Origin: a virus
Length of the DNA: 64,000 nucleotides
Direction: 5' to 3' (one strand)
IMG/VR virus record: IMGVR_UViG_3300038468_000223
Span: 41,512-105,511 of that record
The translations under genes were made by a program, and so were the position numbers. Below are positions 19,199 to 30,400 of this stretch, piece by piece. Within the stretch, counting starts at the first letter, position 1. Every line of letters begins with the position of its first letter. The notes under the pieces are model-generated. The model had not been told where the DNA came from, searched no databases, and saw only the letters and a list, made by a program, of their open reading frames with translations.

Positions 19199-20802
19199 AC
19201 TGGAGCACCTACCAGCTCGCCTACTTCCGCGACACGGCGCAGGGCACCGGGAACACCGTGCTCGACGCCGTCGCCGGCAGCGGCAAGTCCACCACCGTGA
19301 TGGCGGCGATCCCGCACATCCCGAAGGACAAGGACGCGCTCATCACCAGCTTCTCCACCGCCTGCGTCGACGACCTGAAGAAGAAAGGGAGCGGCGGCGG
19401 GTGGGCGGGGCCGGAGATCCGTACGCTCAACAGCCTCGGCTTCCGCGCGTGCCGCGACGAGTTCGGCTCGCTCGAGGTCGACACCGATCGGATCTACAAG
19501 GTGCTCGACAAGGTGACCGGCGAGTCGTCGACGGTGCCGGACTCGCGGCGCGGCGAGTTCAACGCCATGCGCTACCGGCTCAAGCTCACCGTCGACCTCG
19601 CCAAGAACCACCTCGCCGACAAGCCCGAGCAGATCGTCGAGCTGTGCGACCAGTACGAGATCGCCCAGGACGTCCCCGCGTGGGCCGAGGACGCGCTCGG
19701 TCAGAAGTACGAGGCCGAGGGCAACGAGCTGTTCGCGCGCATGGCGCTCGCCGCGATGAGGATCTGCAAGAAGCCGACGGGCGGCAAGATCGACTTCACC
19801 GACCAGATCTGGATGCCCGCCGCGCTCAAGCTCGACATGCCGAAATACGATCGCATCTTCGTCGACGAGGCGCAGGACATGTGCGCCGCGCAGGTGGAGA
19901 TGGTCTTCCGATCCATCACCAAGGGCGGGCGCCTCTGCGCGATCGGCGACGATCACCAGTCCATCTACGGCTTCCGAGGCGCGGGCATCGGGATGGCGCC
20001 GTTCGTCGAGCGCGGCAAGGCGACCAAGCTCCCCCTGTCGATCAGCTATCGCTGCCCGAAGGCCGTCGTGCGAGAGGCGAAGCGGCTGGTCCGCCACATC
20101 GAGGTGGCCCCCAACGCCGCCGAGGGCCTGGTCGAGACGATCAACGTCGAGACGCTCCCGGGGCGCGTGCGGCCCGGTGACGCCATCCTCTCGCGCACCA
20201 ACGCGCCGCTCGTGCGCATCTTCTTCGACTACCTGCGGCGCGGCATCCCCACCGTGATCCAGGGGCGCGACCTCGGCGGGGCCCTCCTGGCGCTGCTCAA
20301 CAAGAGCCAGGCTCGGTCGATCGCGGCGCTGCTCGACTACGTCGCGGAGTGGCAGAAGAAGGAGAACGCGGAGCGCCACGCGAAGTTCCCGAACTGCCGC
20401 ACCGACTCGATCGACGACCGGGCGGACACGATGCGCATCATCTGCGAGATCTCCTTGAACATCGACGACGTGCGCCGCAACATCCAGCGCCTGACGCCGC
20501 CGGCGAGGGGGGGCGAACGTCGGGGGTCACAGGTGCTTACGGGTCAGGAGGTGGTGCTGTCGAGCGTGCACCGGAGCAAGGGGCGCGAGTGGACCCGGGT
20601 GTTCCTCATCGAGTCGAGCTTCGTGACCTCGGAGCACTACTGGCGCGTGCGCACGAAGGACGGTGGTGCGTCACAGAACAGCAAGCGCTGGATCCGCGAC
20701 CGGGTGGCGGAGGCGATCAGGACACCCGAGGACCGCAACATCCGCTACGTCGCGATCACTCGGAGCAAGAGCGAGCTGTACTTCGCCGCTCCGCCGGTCT
20801 GA
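19195..20802 (+). CDS. UvrD/Rep-like SF1 helicase
   Basis: AVAGSGKST, VDEAQD, GDDHQSIYGFRGA, SVHRSKGREW, YVAITR. Confidence 0.92.
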   Translation: MNWSTYQLAYFRDTAQGTGNTVLDAVAGSGKSTTVMAAIPHIPKDKDALITSFSTACVDDLKKKGSGGGWAGPEIRTLNSLGFRACRDEFGSLEVDTDRIYKVLDKVTGESSTVPDSRRGEFNAMRYRLKLTVDLAKNHLADKPEQIVELCDQYEIAQDVPAWAEDALGQKYEAEGNELFARMALAAMRICKKPTGGKIDFTDQIWMPAALKLDMPKYDRIFVDEAQDMCAAQVEMVFRSITKGGRLCAIGDDHQSIYGFRGAGIGMAPFVERGKATKLPLSISYRCPKAVVREAKRLVRHIEVAPNAAEGLVETINVETLPGRVRPGDAILSRTNAPLVRIFFDYLRRGIPTVIQGRDLGGALLALLNKSQARSIAALLDYVAEWQKKENAERHAKFPNCRTDSIDDRADTMRIICEISLNIDDVRRNIQRLTPPARGGERRGSQVLTGQEVVLSSVHRSKGREWTRVFLIESSFVTSEHYWRVRTKDGGASQNSKRWIRDRVAEAIRTPEDRNIRYVAITRSKSELYFAAPPV

Positions 20803-21120
20803 TGGTTGGAGTGATGGAGGGTGGTGGACCTGCCGCTGCCGAAGGACCTCGCCGTCGGCAAGATCCTCCCGGCGATGGGGGGCGGCGAGATCGGCGCCGC
20901 AGTGCACGTCGCTGTTCGGCAACGGCACCCACCAGGTCAACATGCTGGTCCGCGGGTATCGGGTCTCGTTCTTGCTCGACCCCGTCGGGTTCGTGCTCAA
21001 GGTCTGGGGCCCCGACAACTTCTTGCGGCTCGCGCAGGACCCCCGCATCTTCTGGCCCGGCGGGCCCCCGGCCCGCCGGCCCGACACCCAGTGACCCCCA
21101 ACGTTCAAGGAAAAGGACCC

Positions 21121-21393
21121 ATGGTAAAGACCCTGAAATCTCGTCACGAAGAAGTGCTTCGCGCTCTCGCCAAGGCCTCCGAGGCCGACCCGAAGGCGTG
21201 GATCAAGCCGTCGCAGGTCGGCGGCACCAGCGGCAGCCGCCACTCCCTCACGCTCAAGCAGTTGTGGGAGCACGAACTAGTGGCGCGCGACGGCAACGCC
21301 GGCCAGGTGCGGACGACCTACCGCTACCGCCTGCTCGCCTCGGGGCGGCGCTACCTCGCGAAGCTCCAGGCCCCCAAGAAGGCCAAGCGGTAA
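21121..21393 (+). CDS. Small winged-helix-like protein
   Basis: AAGGA SD; basic; YRL..SGR wing. Confidence 0.5.
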   Translation: MVKTLKSRHEEVLRALAKASEADPKAWIKPSQVGGTSGSRHSLTLKQLWEHELVARDGNAGQVRTTYRYRLLASGRRYLAKLQAPKKAKR

Positions 21394-21407
21394 GAAGGAG
21401 GATCTCC

Positions 21408-21791
21408 ATGACCGAAGAGAAGAAGAAGAAGCAGGCCCTGAACCTGCACCGCCTCGTCCCCTTCCTCGCCAGCTACAACAACTTCATCCTCACCGAGAAG
21501 CTCGTCGAGACCGAGGAGCAGACGACCGAGGCCGGCATCATCGTGCCGGTCGACAAGGACAAGGCGGTGCACACCTTCAGCCGCGTCGTGTACGTCGGCT
21601 GGAGCTGCTCGAAGCGCCTCGACCCCGGCGACATCGTCATCGCCGAGAAGGCGTTCAAGACGCACCTCACGAGCCCGCGAGGTCACGAGCTGCAGCTCGT
21701 CAGGGAGACCGACATCTGCGGCTACGTGAAGTGTGAGTTCCTCCCCGAGGACCTCATCGTCGACGACTACCTGTTCATCGACGATGGCTGA
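21408..21791 (+). CDS. GroES-like co-chaperonin
   Basis: EEQTTEAGIIVP mobile loop, VVYVG, PGDIV, LVRETDI. Confidence 0.7.
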   Translation: MTEEKKKKQALNLHRLVPFLASYNNFILTEKLVETEEQTTEAGIIVPVDKDKAVHTFSRVVYVGWSCSKRLDPGDIVIAEKAFKTHLTSPRGHELQLVRETDICGYVKCEFLPEDLIVDDYLFIDDG

Positions 21792-22527
21792 CAACTCCTG
21801 GCGCTTCAAGCAGCGGCAGATGGTGGCGGAGGCCCTCGAGCGGGGCCTCCGCCGCGTCCTGCTGCTGGACACCGAGACCACGGGGCTCGACCCGGAGGAC
21901 GGCGCGGTCTGCATCGAGGCGGCGTGCATCCGCTTCGACCTGCGGCACGCTCAGGTGCTCGACGCCTACTCGTCGCTCATTCACCATCCCGCCGGCAACC
22001 CGATCGAGGACGTCAACCACATCCCGAGCGAGATGGTCCGGCGCGCGCCCAAGGCCGAGGCGGTCTGGCGGCGCGTGGCGAAGATGATCCGGGGCTCGGA
22101 CCTGATCGTCGCGCACCGGGTCGAGTTCGACTACCAGTTCGTCCCGGACGAGTTGCGGACGACGAGGCCGTGGTGCTGCTCGAAGTTCGACATCGAGTGG
22201 CCGCACGGCAAGAACGGCGACGACCTGCTCCACCTCGCGCTCGCCAACGGCGTGGGCGTGGTCTACGCCCACCGGGCGATGAGCGACACCGAGGTCCTGG
22301 CTCGGGTCTTCGCTCGCACGATGGAGCGCTACGACATCCTCGAGATCCTGCGCAGGGCGCTCCGGCCCAAGACGCTCGTCGTCTCGCTCGAGCCCTTCCA
22401 GCGTAAGGACCACGTCAAATCTCTCGGGTTCGCCTTCGATTCCAAGACGAAGGACTGGTACAAGTGGATGCCGATCGAGGACGTCGGCAAGCTGTCCATC
22501 AAGTACAAGGTGGTGGAATCCGGCTGA
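21784..22527 (+). CDS. DnaQ-like DEDDh exonuclease
   Basis: LDTETTGL, AHRVEFD, HRAMSD. Confidence 0.85.
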   Translation: MADNSWRFKQRQMVAEALERGLRRVLLLDTETTGLDPEDGAVCIEAACIRFDLRHAQVLDAYSSLIHHPAGNPIEDVNHIPSEMVRRAPKAEAVWRRVAKMIRGSDLIVAHRVEFDYQFVPDELRTTRPWCCSKFDIEWPHGKNGDDLLHLALANGVGVVYAHRAMSDTEVLARVFARTMERYDILEILRRALRPKTLVVSLEPFQRKDHVKSLGFAFDSKTKDWYKWMPIEDVGKLSIKYKVVESG

Positions 22528-22573
22528 AATCGTCGACTTCCACGCGCATCGGCTCGTGTGGTACAACTGACGC

Positions 22574-24214
22574 ATGAACCGTGCGCAAGGTAGGGTCGGT
22601 TGGGCGGCAGACACGTACCCCCAGACCGGACGCGTCGGAGGATCTTCCGGCGCGCTCGCGGCGGCAAACATCGCCGCCGCGTCGGCCCTGAACTTCGTCC
22701 CCGTCGACGGGACCTGGATCTACGTCGACTCGGTGAAGGACTACTTCTACTACGACGGCGACTCGAACCTCGTCGTCGACGGGATCACGATCATCCCCTC
22801 CTTCATGGGCGGCAACACGCGGCTCATCAGGGCTGACTACAAGGGGCATCCCTCGTGGGCGCTGCAGGCGTCGTGGGGGATCAACGGCACGACCGGCAAC
22901 GACGAGAATCCCGGCTCCCTCGCCCAGCCCCTCAAGACCTGGGGCGAGTTCGAGCGGCGCGTCAAGGGCAACACGCTCGATCAGAACACGACGGTGCGCT
23001 TCCTCGATGATCAGGCGCCGAACGACCTGATTCAGGGCACGTTCCGGGTTCGTCCCGGCTTCGGGCTCGGCATCCAGGGCGGCGTCAAGCAGGTCGTGCG
23101 CACCGCGGCGATCACCAACCTCGCGGCCATCAACCGCGCCGCCAACCAGCCGCTCATCGTGTCGGACGCGACGATCGCGACGTGGGCGCCCTACGTCGGG
23201 ATGCGGATCGCCGTCGCGGGTGGCCCGAACAACGGCGAGACCGGCTGGGTGCTCGTCGTCAACGGCGGCGACGCGACCACGTGCAACGTGTCGCGTCCGA
23301 CCAACGTACCGACCAACCCGCTCACGCCGTGGCTCGGGGCGCTCGCCCTCGGCACGTTCACCAACGGCGACACCTACGAGGTGCAGCAGCTCGTCCAGGC
23401 GACGCTCGGCTCGATCATCGTCGAGGTCGACGGGACCGATCTCGCCGGCACGCCGTCTCTCGGCTTCGCGGACCTCACGGTCGTCGGCGCGAACGACTTC
23501 CTCTTCCTCCCGACGTGCCAGGGGCCGGTCGTCTTCTACGGCTGCTACTTCCTCGATTCGCCGCTGCAGCAGACGGCCCAGACCTCGGTCGTCTACATGC
23601 TCAACTGCGGCATGTCTGGCGGCGTCTTCGTCAGCGAGGGTCAGTTCTACGCGCAGGCCGGCTACGCGTTTCCCTTCGTGGCGGCTCCGTCGCCCGCGAT
23701 CCTCGTCAACAACGCCTACGTCAACCTCGACGGCGACTTCACCGCGCAGGGCGGCGGGATCAGCATCGGCTCCGGCAAGGCGGAGATCGGCTTCGCCGCG
23801 GCCTTCGACGCGACCGCCGCGCCGGGCGACGCGGGCGGCGCGGGGCTCAACGTCGGCGGGGGGGCCACTCCTCTCGGCGGGTTCTGCACGCCGGCGACGA
23901 GCTGTTCGATGCGCACGGGCCTCTTCGGTGGCAACTCCATCTGGGGCGCCGGCAACGTCGTCGGGGTGCAGATCGGCGCGGGCTGCTTCTTCGGCTACGA
24001 CGCCGACACGCTGCTCGCGATCGCGGGGGCCGGGGCGAACGACGACTGGCGCCTCGGCACGGCGGCCAACACCGTGCAGGCCATCGACGCCGGGGGCGCG
24101 GCCATCGGCCCCAACGCCGAGTCGTGGGGCAACCTCGCGGCCGCCCGGCCGGGCGGCTTCGGCGGCTTCGCCTCCAACCCCACCAACCTCGCAACCATCT
24201 GCCCGAACGCGTGA
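22574..24214 (+). CDS. Putative spike/receptor-binding structural protein (beta-rich)
   Basis: Gly/Asn/Thr-rich; W.I...GNDENPG..A.PL motif; paralog of 24477-25943. Confidence 0.6.
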   Translation: MNRAQGRVGWAADTYPQTGRVGGSSGALAAANIAAASALNFVPVDGTWIYVDSVKDYFYYDGDSNLVVDGITIIPSFMGGNTRLIRADYKGHPSWALQASWGINGTTGNDENPGSLAQPLKTWGEFERRVKGNTLDQNTTVRFLDDQAPNDLIQGTFRVRPGFGLGIQGGVKQVVRTAAITNLAAINRAANQPLIVSDATIATWAPYVGMRIAVAGGPNNGETGWVLVVNGGDATTCNVSRPTNVPTNPLTPWLGALALGTFTNGDTYEVQQLVQATLGSIIVEVDGTDLAGTPSLGFADLTVVGANDFLFLPTCQGPVVFYGCYFLDSPLQQTAQTSVVYMLNCGMSGGVFVSEGQFYAQAGYAFPFVAAPSPAILVNNAYVNLDGDFTAQGGGISIGSGKAEIGFAAAFDATAAPGDAGGAGLNVGGGATPLGGFCTPATSCSMRTGLFGGNSIWGAGNVVGVQIGAGCFFGYDADTLLAIAGAGANDDWRLGTAANTVQAIDAGGAAIGPNAESWGNLAAARPGGFGGFASNPTNLATICPNA

Positions 24215-24226
24215 GGAGAATTGACT

Positions 24227-24502
24227 ATGTGGTTCAAGTCCGAAGGCGTCTTCCACTTCGTCGTCGCGCGCGGGCACGCCAGGCAGCTCCACCGGACAGC
24301 CTGCGGGCTCTCTTACAACCCGGTGGCGACGAAGCTCGATCTCGACGAGCAAGACGTCGCGTGCTCGAAGTGCTCGGCGAACGAACAGGCCGCAGAGAGC
24401 CTCAAGGCGCGCGAGGAGCGCCTGCTCGCCCTGGAGGAGGCTCGACTCGAGGGACTGCACGAGCAGGCACACGAGCATGACGCGCCACAGCCGACTGGCT
24501 GA
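24227..24502 (+). CDS. Small Zn-finger-like protein
   Basis: GAGGAG SD; H..TACG, CSKC. Confidence 0.5.
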   Translation: MWFKSEGVFHFVVARGHARQLHRTACGLSYNPVATKLDLDEQDVACSKCSANEQAAESLKAREERLLALEEARLEGLHEQAHEHDAPQPTG

Positions 24503-25943
24503 TTTCGCGGCGGGTACCTACCCGCAACGAACGCCGCCCACGATCGTACCTGCAGGTACGACCGGCGCCGCATCGACCATGTCCCTGCCGCCGCTCGACG
24601 GCATGCTGATCTTCGTCGAGTCGGTGTCGGACTACTTCCGACTCGAGTTGGACAGCACCTACGTGGTCGACGGCGTCAACGTCCTCGGGTGCAGCATCCC
24701 GAACGCGCGCCTCGAGAGGCTCTACGTGCGCGACCTGCGCTGGGCCGACCAGGCGGCCTGGTACATCGATCCGGTAGGCGGTGACAACAACAATGACGGC
24801 GCTTCGCCTGCGAGCGCCCTGCAGAGCCATCAGGAACTCGAGGCGCGCCTCGATCGGATCAACCAGAGCATCACGGTTACCTACCTCAACGAACCGGCGG
24901 CGAGCGACTTCGTTCGCATCGACTTCACCCCCGACAGGCACAGCGACGGACCGTTCGACATCCCGACGGTGACGTACGTCGGGTTCCGTACGCCCCTCCT
25001 GTCGTCGACGTTCACCGCGGTCGCTGCCGCGACGCCCTCGGCGGCCGTGCCCGAGGCCACGCTCGTCACCGACGCGGCGACGGCCTCTTTCGCCGCCTAC
25101 GTAGGCAAGTGCATCGTCGTGACGAGTGGTGCGGCCGCCGGCGCCATCGCTTGGATCGCCAAGGCGACGGCGGCCAACAAGGCACGCGTGTCGCCGTTCT
25201 ACTTCGTCGACTTCTTTTCCCCGTCCCCGCTGCCCGCGCCGGGCGACAGCTACCAGATCTGCGACGCGATGGCGCTGCCGACGGTGACGGCGACCACGCA
25301 GCAGCTCGTCAGCTTCCAGAACTGCAGGATCGCGGGCGGGAGCCTCTTCTACGGCCCGCAGCTCGTCGCATACTTCGGCTGCGACCTCGACGACGTGGGC
25401 TTGAGTGCCGCCTTCATCGTCGGTTGTCGCGTGCACGTCACGAGCGTCGCGGTGCAGATCGCCAACACGGTCTGCACCGTCGACGGATCACTGATTGATA
25501 CGACCCGGCCCTCGTTCATGAACCAGGTCAACGAGAGCGGCTTCGTCGAGATCGTCCGTTCGATCATGCAGGGGCCGGGAACGGGGACCGCAATCCTTCT
25601 TGGGCGCCCAGATCCTGGGGGTCTGCTCTCGATGACGGACGTCGGCTTCTTCGACTTCGGCACGGTGATCTCGGCGGCGGGCGGCGCCAACCTGAACCTC
25701 AACCCTGGCACCTTCCCGATCACCGGGCCCTCGATCTGGGGGGCGTCGATCGCTACGAGCGGCGTCGATCTGGACGGCAACACGCGACTGCAGCACGGCA
25801 ACACGGGCCTGCCCGGCAACTTCCCGAACTTCGACGGCCCGGGGCCCGCGACGCTTCGCATCGGCGGCGTCAACACGGCGTGGGGCGCGCTGCCGCTTCA
25901 GGACCCTACTACCGGCGTGAGCGCCGTCACCTTCGCCCCATGA
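24477..25943 (+). CDS. Putative spike/receptor-binding structural protein, paralog of 22574-24214
   Basis: Shared AA.TYPQ, DG..I.V.SV.DYF, VVDG and WYID..GDNNNDG motifs. Confidence 0.6.
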   Translation: MTRHSRLADFAAGTYPQRTPPTIVPAGTTGAASTMSLPPLDGMLIFVESVSDYFRLELDSTYVVDGVNVLGCSIPNARLERLYVRDLRWADQAAWYIDPVGGDNNNDGASPASALQSHQELEARLDRINQSITVTYLNEPAASDFVRIDFTPDRHSDGPFDIPTVTYVGFRTPLLSSTFTAVAAATPSAAVPEATLVTDAATASFAAYVGKCIVVTSGAAAGAIAWIAKATAANKARVSPFYFVDFFSPSPLPAPGDSYQICDAMALPTVTATTQQLVSFQNCRIAGGSLFYGPQLVAYFGCDLDDVGLSAAFIVGCRVHVTSVAVQIANTVCTVDGSLIDTTRPSFMNQVNESGFVEIVRSIMQGPGTGTAILLGRPDPGGLLSMTDVGFFDFGTVISAAGGANLNLNPGTFPITGPSIWGASIATSGVDLDGNTRLQHGNTGLPGNFPNFDGPGPATLRIGGVNTAWGALPLQDPTTGVSAVTFAP

Positions 25944-26125
25944 GCAAGCTCGATCTCTTCAAGAAGCGGACCTCGCCGGCGGCGCCTCCTACGGGCGAGC
26001 TGCTGCGACAACTCGTCGCCCGATGGTCCGACGAGCAGATCATCGCGAACTGGCCGCTGGTCGACCGCGAGGAGCTTCGACGTCTTCGGGGAGCTTGCTA
26101 GGGCCTCCGAGGACGTGCTAGACAT

Positions 26126-26428
26126 GTGTCTAACATGTCCGACGAGCAGGTCCCCGCCGCACAGTCCACCTCCCAGCAGGAAGCCGTCGACAAGCTCGCG
26201 ATGGCGTGCACCGAGGGCCTCGTCCGCGGCGGCTTCAAGCCGCACGGCGTCTTCCTCGTCGTCCAGTTCGAGATGGAGGCCTGCGGCGCCATCAACGCCC
26301 CCTCGCAGCTCTCGACGACGGCGCTGATGCGCCTCGCGGACAAGCTCGTACGCGGGGCGACGCAGATCGCGGCGAAGTGGAAGCTCGCGGTCAACACGAA
26401 GCGCAAGCCGCCGGCCAATGCGCACTGA
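26126..26428 (+). CDS. Hypothetical protein
   Basis: ORF in operon. Confidence 0.5.
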   Translation: MSNMSDEQVPAAQSTSQQEAVDKLAMACTEGLVRGGFKPHGVFLVVQFEMEACGAINAPSQLSTTALMRLADKLVRGATQIAAKWKLAVNTKRKPPANAH

Positions 26429-26705
26429 AACCGACCTGGAGCTGCTCGACAAGCTCCTGGACAACTACGAGATGCTGCTTACAGAGAGGCAGCGGGACGC
26501 TTTCACCGAGATGCGGGAGAAGCTGCTCGAGGGGGTGCGCAAGCGCCTGTCGGAGAAGCAGCGCCGGTGGGCGGAGAAGATCCTCCAGGAGTGGGAGCCG
26601 AGGCCGGTCGCATCGTCCGAGTTCGTGCCGCGCGGCCGTGAGGTAGAGACGCCGGCGGCGCTTCGACGGGAGAACCTGCCCATGCGACCGCCGGGGAGAC
26701 GATGA
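26418..26705 (+). CDS. Hypothetical protein
   Basis: LTE..RDAF..M....LSEKQRRW motif common in small phage proteins. Confidence 0.55.
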   Translation: MRTETDLELLDKLLDNYEMLLTERQRDAFTEMREKLLEGVRKRLSEKQRRWAEKILQEWEPRPVASSEFVPRGREVETPAALRRENLPMRPPGRR

Positions 26706-26968
26706 TGCCGCCGCATGAAGGAACGACGAGGCTCCCACTGGAGCTGGAGGTGGACGGGGCGCTCGCGGAGGCGATGCGGGGGGTCGAGCGCCGGCCGCGG
26801 GCCGCGATCCTGGTCATGGTCTGGGAGGACGAGACCGAGGTGGGGCTGCACCTCCCCTACCAGCCCGAGCAGGCGGAGGAGGCGACCCGCGCCCTCGTGG
26901 CGCTGCGCCGCGGCGCTCGGGAGGCGTTCGACGCGCTGCTGAAGCCCGCCAAGAGGCAGGACGCGTGA
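26702..26968 (+). CDS. Hypothetical protein
   Basis: ATGA overlap. Confidence 0.5.
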   Translation: MMPPHEGTTRLPLELEVDGALAEAMRGVERRPRAAILVMVWEDETEVGLHLPYQPEQAEEATRALVALRRGAREAFDALLKPAKRQDA

Positions 26969-27176
26969 TCGGGCGCCTGCTCTCTTGGGTCGCCTCCGGC
27001 GTGGCTCGCGTCGCGAGCCTTCCGGTCTGCGCGGCGTGCGTCCGGGAGAGCGACGAGATCATCGACGAGGACAAGTTCGGCGACTACGCTGCCTGCGGTC
27101 GTTGCGGGAAACCGAAGACCTCCAAGGACGCAGTGTATTACGTCATGGAGACCAAGACATAAAAGGGGAAGACGTC

Positions 27177-27491
27177 ATGAGCGAGTACGAGATCCAGCAG
27201 CTCCAGACGGCGAACACCAGGCTCCGCCTGCAGCTCTCCCACAAGGAGAAGGAGGTCGCCGAGCTGAAGGCGACGATCGAGACGATCACGAACGCGCGGT
27301 CCGAGCAGATCGAGATGCTCAACGAGATCTTGAACGGCAAGAGCGACGCGCTGAAGGCGGCGACCGAGGCGCTCGAGGCCGGGAACATCAAGTGGACGAG
27401 GGCCGCCAACATCCTCCGCAAGCTCGCGGAGACCGAGCTGCCCGACCCGGCCGGCGAGCTGGTCCAGCGGGCCCTCGACAGCATCACCTGA
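27177..27491 (+). CDS. Coiled-coil hypothetical protein
   Basis: AGGGGA SD. Confidence 0.5.
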   Translation: MSEYEIQQLQTANTRLRLQLSHKEKEVAELKATIETITNARSEQIEMLNEILNGKSDALKAATEALEAGNIKWTRAANILRKLAETELPDPAGELVQRALDSIT

Positions 27492-27498
27492 TCCCCTC

Positions 27499-30400
27499 GT
27501 GGCCACGACGGTCGGCCACTGGAAGCGCGACGCCGACTGCGACGTGTACGTGGGGCGCCCCAGCGTATGGGGCAACCCGTACAAGGTCGGGCGCAACGGG
27601 ACGCGCGAAGAGGTCCTCCAGAAGTACGAGGAGTTCCTCAAGGCTCGCCCCGCGTTCGTCGAGCGCGCGCGCCGGGAGCTGAAGGGCAAGAAGCTCGGGT
27701 GCTGGTGCAAGCCGAAGGCTTGCCACGCCGACATCCTCGCCCGGTACGTCGACGCGCCCCCTCCTCCGCTCCCCGACCACGGACCGAACTACGTCGTCTG
27801 CCCGAAGTGCCGGTGCGCCTACTACCACACGCTCTGGAAGGAGAAGGGCTGCTCGACCTGCGGGATCCCCCTCGGTGAGAGCCCCGTCGTTCGGCCGAAG
27901 AAGATCCTCGTCACCGGTGACAGGGAGTGGACCGACCGTAAGGCTGTCCTGCGCGAGCTGAGGGCCTTCCCCGAGGGGACCATCCTCGTCCACGGCGGAT
28001 GCCGCGGGCTCGACACCATCGCGGCGAAGATCGGCGCCCGGCGCGGCTTCGTGGTCCGAGAGTACAAGGCGAAGTGGACCGCTCGAGGAGCGGTGGCAGG
28101 TCACGAGCGCAACGCGGAGATGCTCGCGCGCGAGCATCTTCCGGAGGAGCCGATCGACCTCGCGCTCGCCTTCCACGACGATCTGACCAGGAGCCGCGGG
28201 ACCGCGGACATGGTCCGCAAGATCGCGCTCGCGCGCATCCCGCATCGGGTCGTGAAAAGTAGAGCGGGGGCCCCAGCTTCCGCCGGGGCCCCCGTTCCTT
28301 CCGTACCGAGCGTGCAGAGCGATGGAGCCCTCAAGGTACCTGCTCGTCAGCTCCCCGTCTACGATCCTCGTGCGCACGGCGCGCTCTGCGACGAATGCCC
28401 GCTGAGCGGGCGCGTCGTCGTGCCGCCGTCGCCTCCGACGGCGCCGGTCGAGGGGATCGTGGTCGGCATGAACCCCGGCGCCGAGGAGGAGCGCAGCCGA
28501 CGACCCTTCTGCGGCCCCTCCGGGCGCCTGCTGGACCGGCTGCTCGACAAGAACGACCTCAGACGCGAGGCCTTCCACGTGACCAACGCGTGGCTGTGCC
28601 GTCACCGCGACGAGGTGGAGGCGTTCGAGGCGTCGCGGTGCTGCCGGCCGCGCCTGCACCGGGAGATCGACTCCTACGACAAGTCCATCCCCGTCATGAC
28701 GACGGGCAAGGAGGCCTTCCAGTCCGCCTTCGGCAGGAAGGGGGCGATGACGAAGCTCCGGGGCTTCCAGTGGAAGAAGGAAGACGGGCGCGAGTTCTAC
28801 CCGACCGTCCATCCCGCCTTCGTCTTGCGCGACAAGATCCAGTTCCCGCTCATCAGCCGCGACTTCCAGCGGTTCGCCAAGCGCATCCACCTCGGGCACC
28901 TGCCGCTCGAGCGAACCCACTACGTCTACCGCAAGCACACACCGCGCACGCTCCCGCGCCTCCGGCGCTTGCTGCGCCGCTTCGGCGACGGGATCGTCGC
29001 CTGCGACATCGAGACGACCGAAGAGCCGCCGACGGTCGCCGAGCTTCAGTGCGTCGGCATCAGCGACGGGCGGCGCACGATCGTCGTGCCGTGGCAACCG
29101 GAGTTCAAGGAGCCGCTAGCCGCCTTCTTCAAGGACCGGCGCGTCATCTTCCACAACGGGCTCTCCTTCGACACGATCGTACTCACGCGCTACGGCATCC
29201 CGATCAAGAAGGTCGAGGACACGCTCATCGCGCACCACACCTTCGCGAGTCACTTCAGGCAGGGACTCGACCACGTCGCGAGCTTCTACCTGGACACGAT
29301 CCCGTGGAAGCTCCTGTACGGCAAGGCGGCCGGGGACGAGAAGGGCGTCGCCAAGATCCAGGACGAGCGGACCTTCTTCAAGTACAACGCCATCGACGTC
29401 CATCACACCTTCCGCGTCTGGCAGGAGATGCAGAAGGACCTCGAGCCCTTCCTGTCGCTCTACAAGCACGACAAGCGGCTCGCGGTCGTCGGCCGTCGCA
29501 TGACGAGGCACGGCATCCGCGTCGACCGTCCGCGGCGCAAGGAGCTGATCAAGGCGATCACGGAGAAAGAAGAGCGACTCGTTCGTCAGATGCGCGAAGA
29601 GTGTGGTCGAGAGGATCTCGTACCGACCAAGGTGGACGACATACGCGCCATTCTGTACGAGCAGTTCGGCGCACCCGTCATCGAGCGCACGGAGAAGGAC
29701 TGCAAACCCAGTACTGGTAAGAAGATCCTGCAGTCGTTCGCCGAGGCAGTAGATCGACCGTACGCGAAATTCTGTCGCGACCTGGTCGACTGGCGCACGT
29801 GCACCAAGATGAAGAAGACCTACTTGGTCAACCTGCCGATCGACAAGGACGGAAGGGTTCGACCCAGTTGGCGATCGTTCGGTGCGTACACGGGCCGCTT
29901 CGCTTGCCGCAGGCCTAACCTGATGAACTTGAAGCGCATGAACAAGCGCTACAAGGACGAGCCCGAGCAGCACATTCGTTCGATCTACATCCCGTCGAAG
30001 GGGTGCAAGTTCGTCACGTATGACATGAGCCAGGTGGAGCCTCGTGTCGCGGCGTACATCAGCAACGATGAGGCGTTCATCGCCGCAATCGAGACTGGTG
30101 ATTTCCACACGAACAACGCGATCGTCTTGTTCGGAGAGTGTCCGGAACTACTCGACCTGAAACGCGCAAAGGATGGTGACGGGAAGCCCAAGCGAGATGT
30201 AGCCAAATCGTGCGGACTCGCAGTCAACTACCTCGCCGAGGCTCCGGCACTCAAAGACTTCTTGGCGTCGCAGGACTACTTCGTCAAGTTGAGCGACATC
30301 CAAGTGATGATCGATCGTCTGCGAAAGAAGTACCACGTTTACTTCAAGTTCGTGGCGAACAACATCGAGTTGGTCCAGCGTCAGGGTTGGCTGCGGATCG

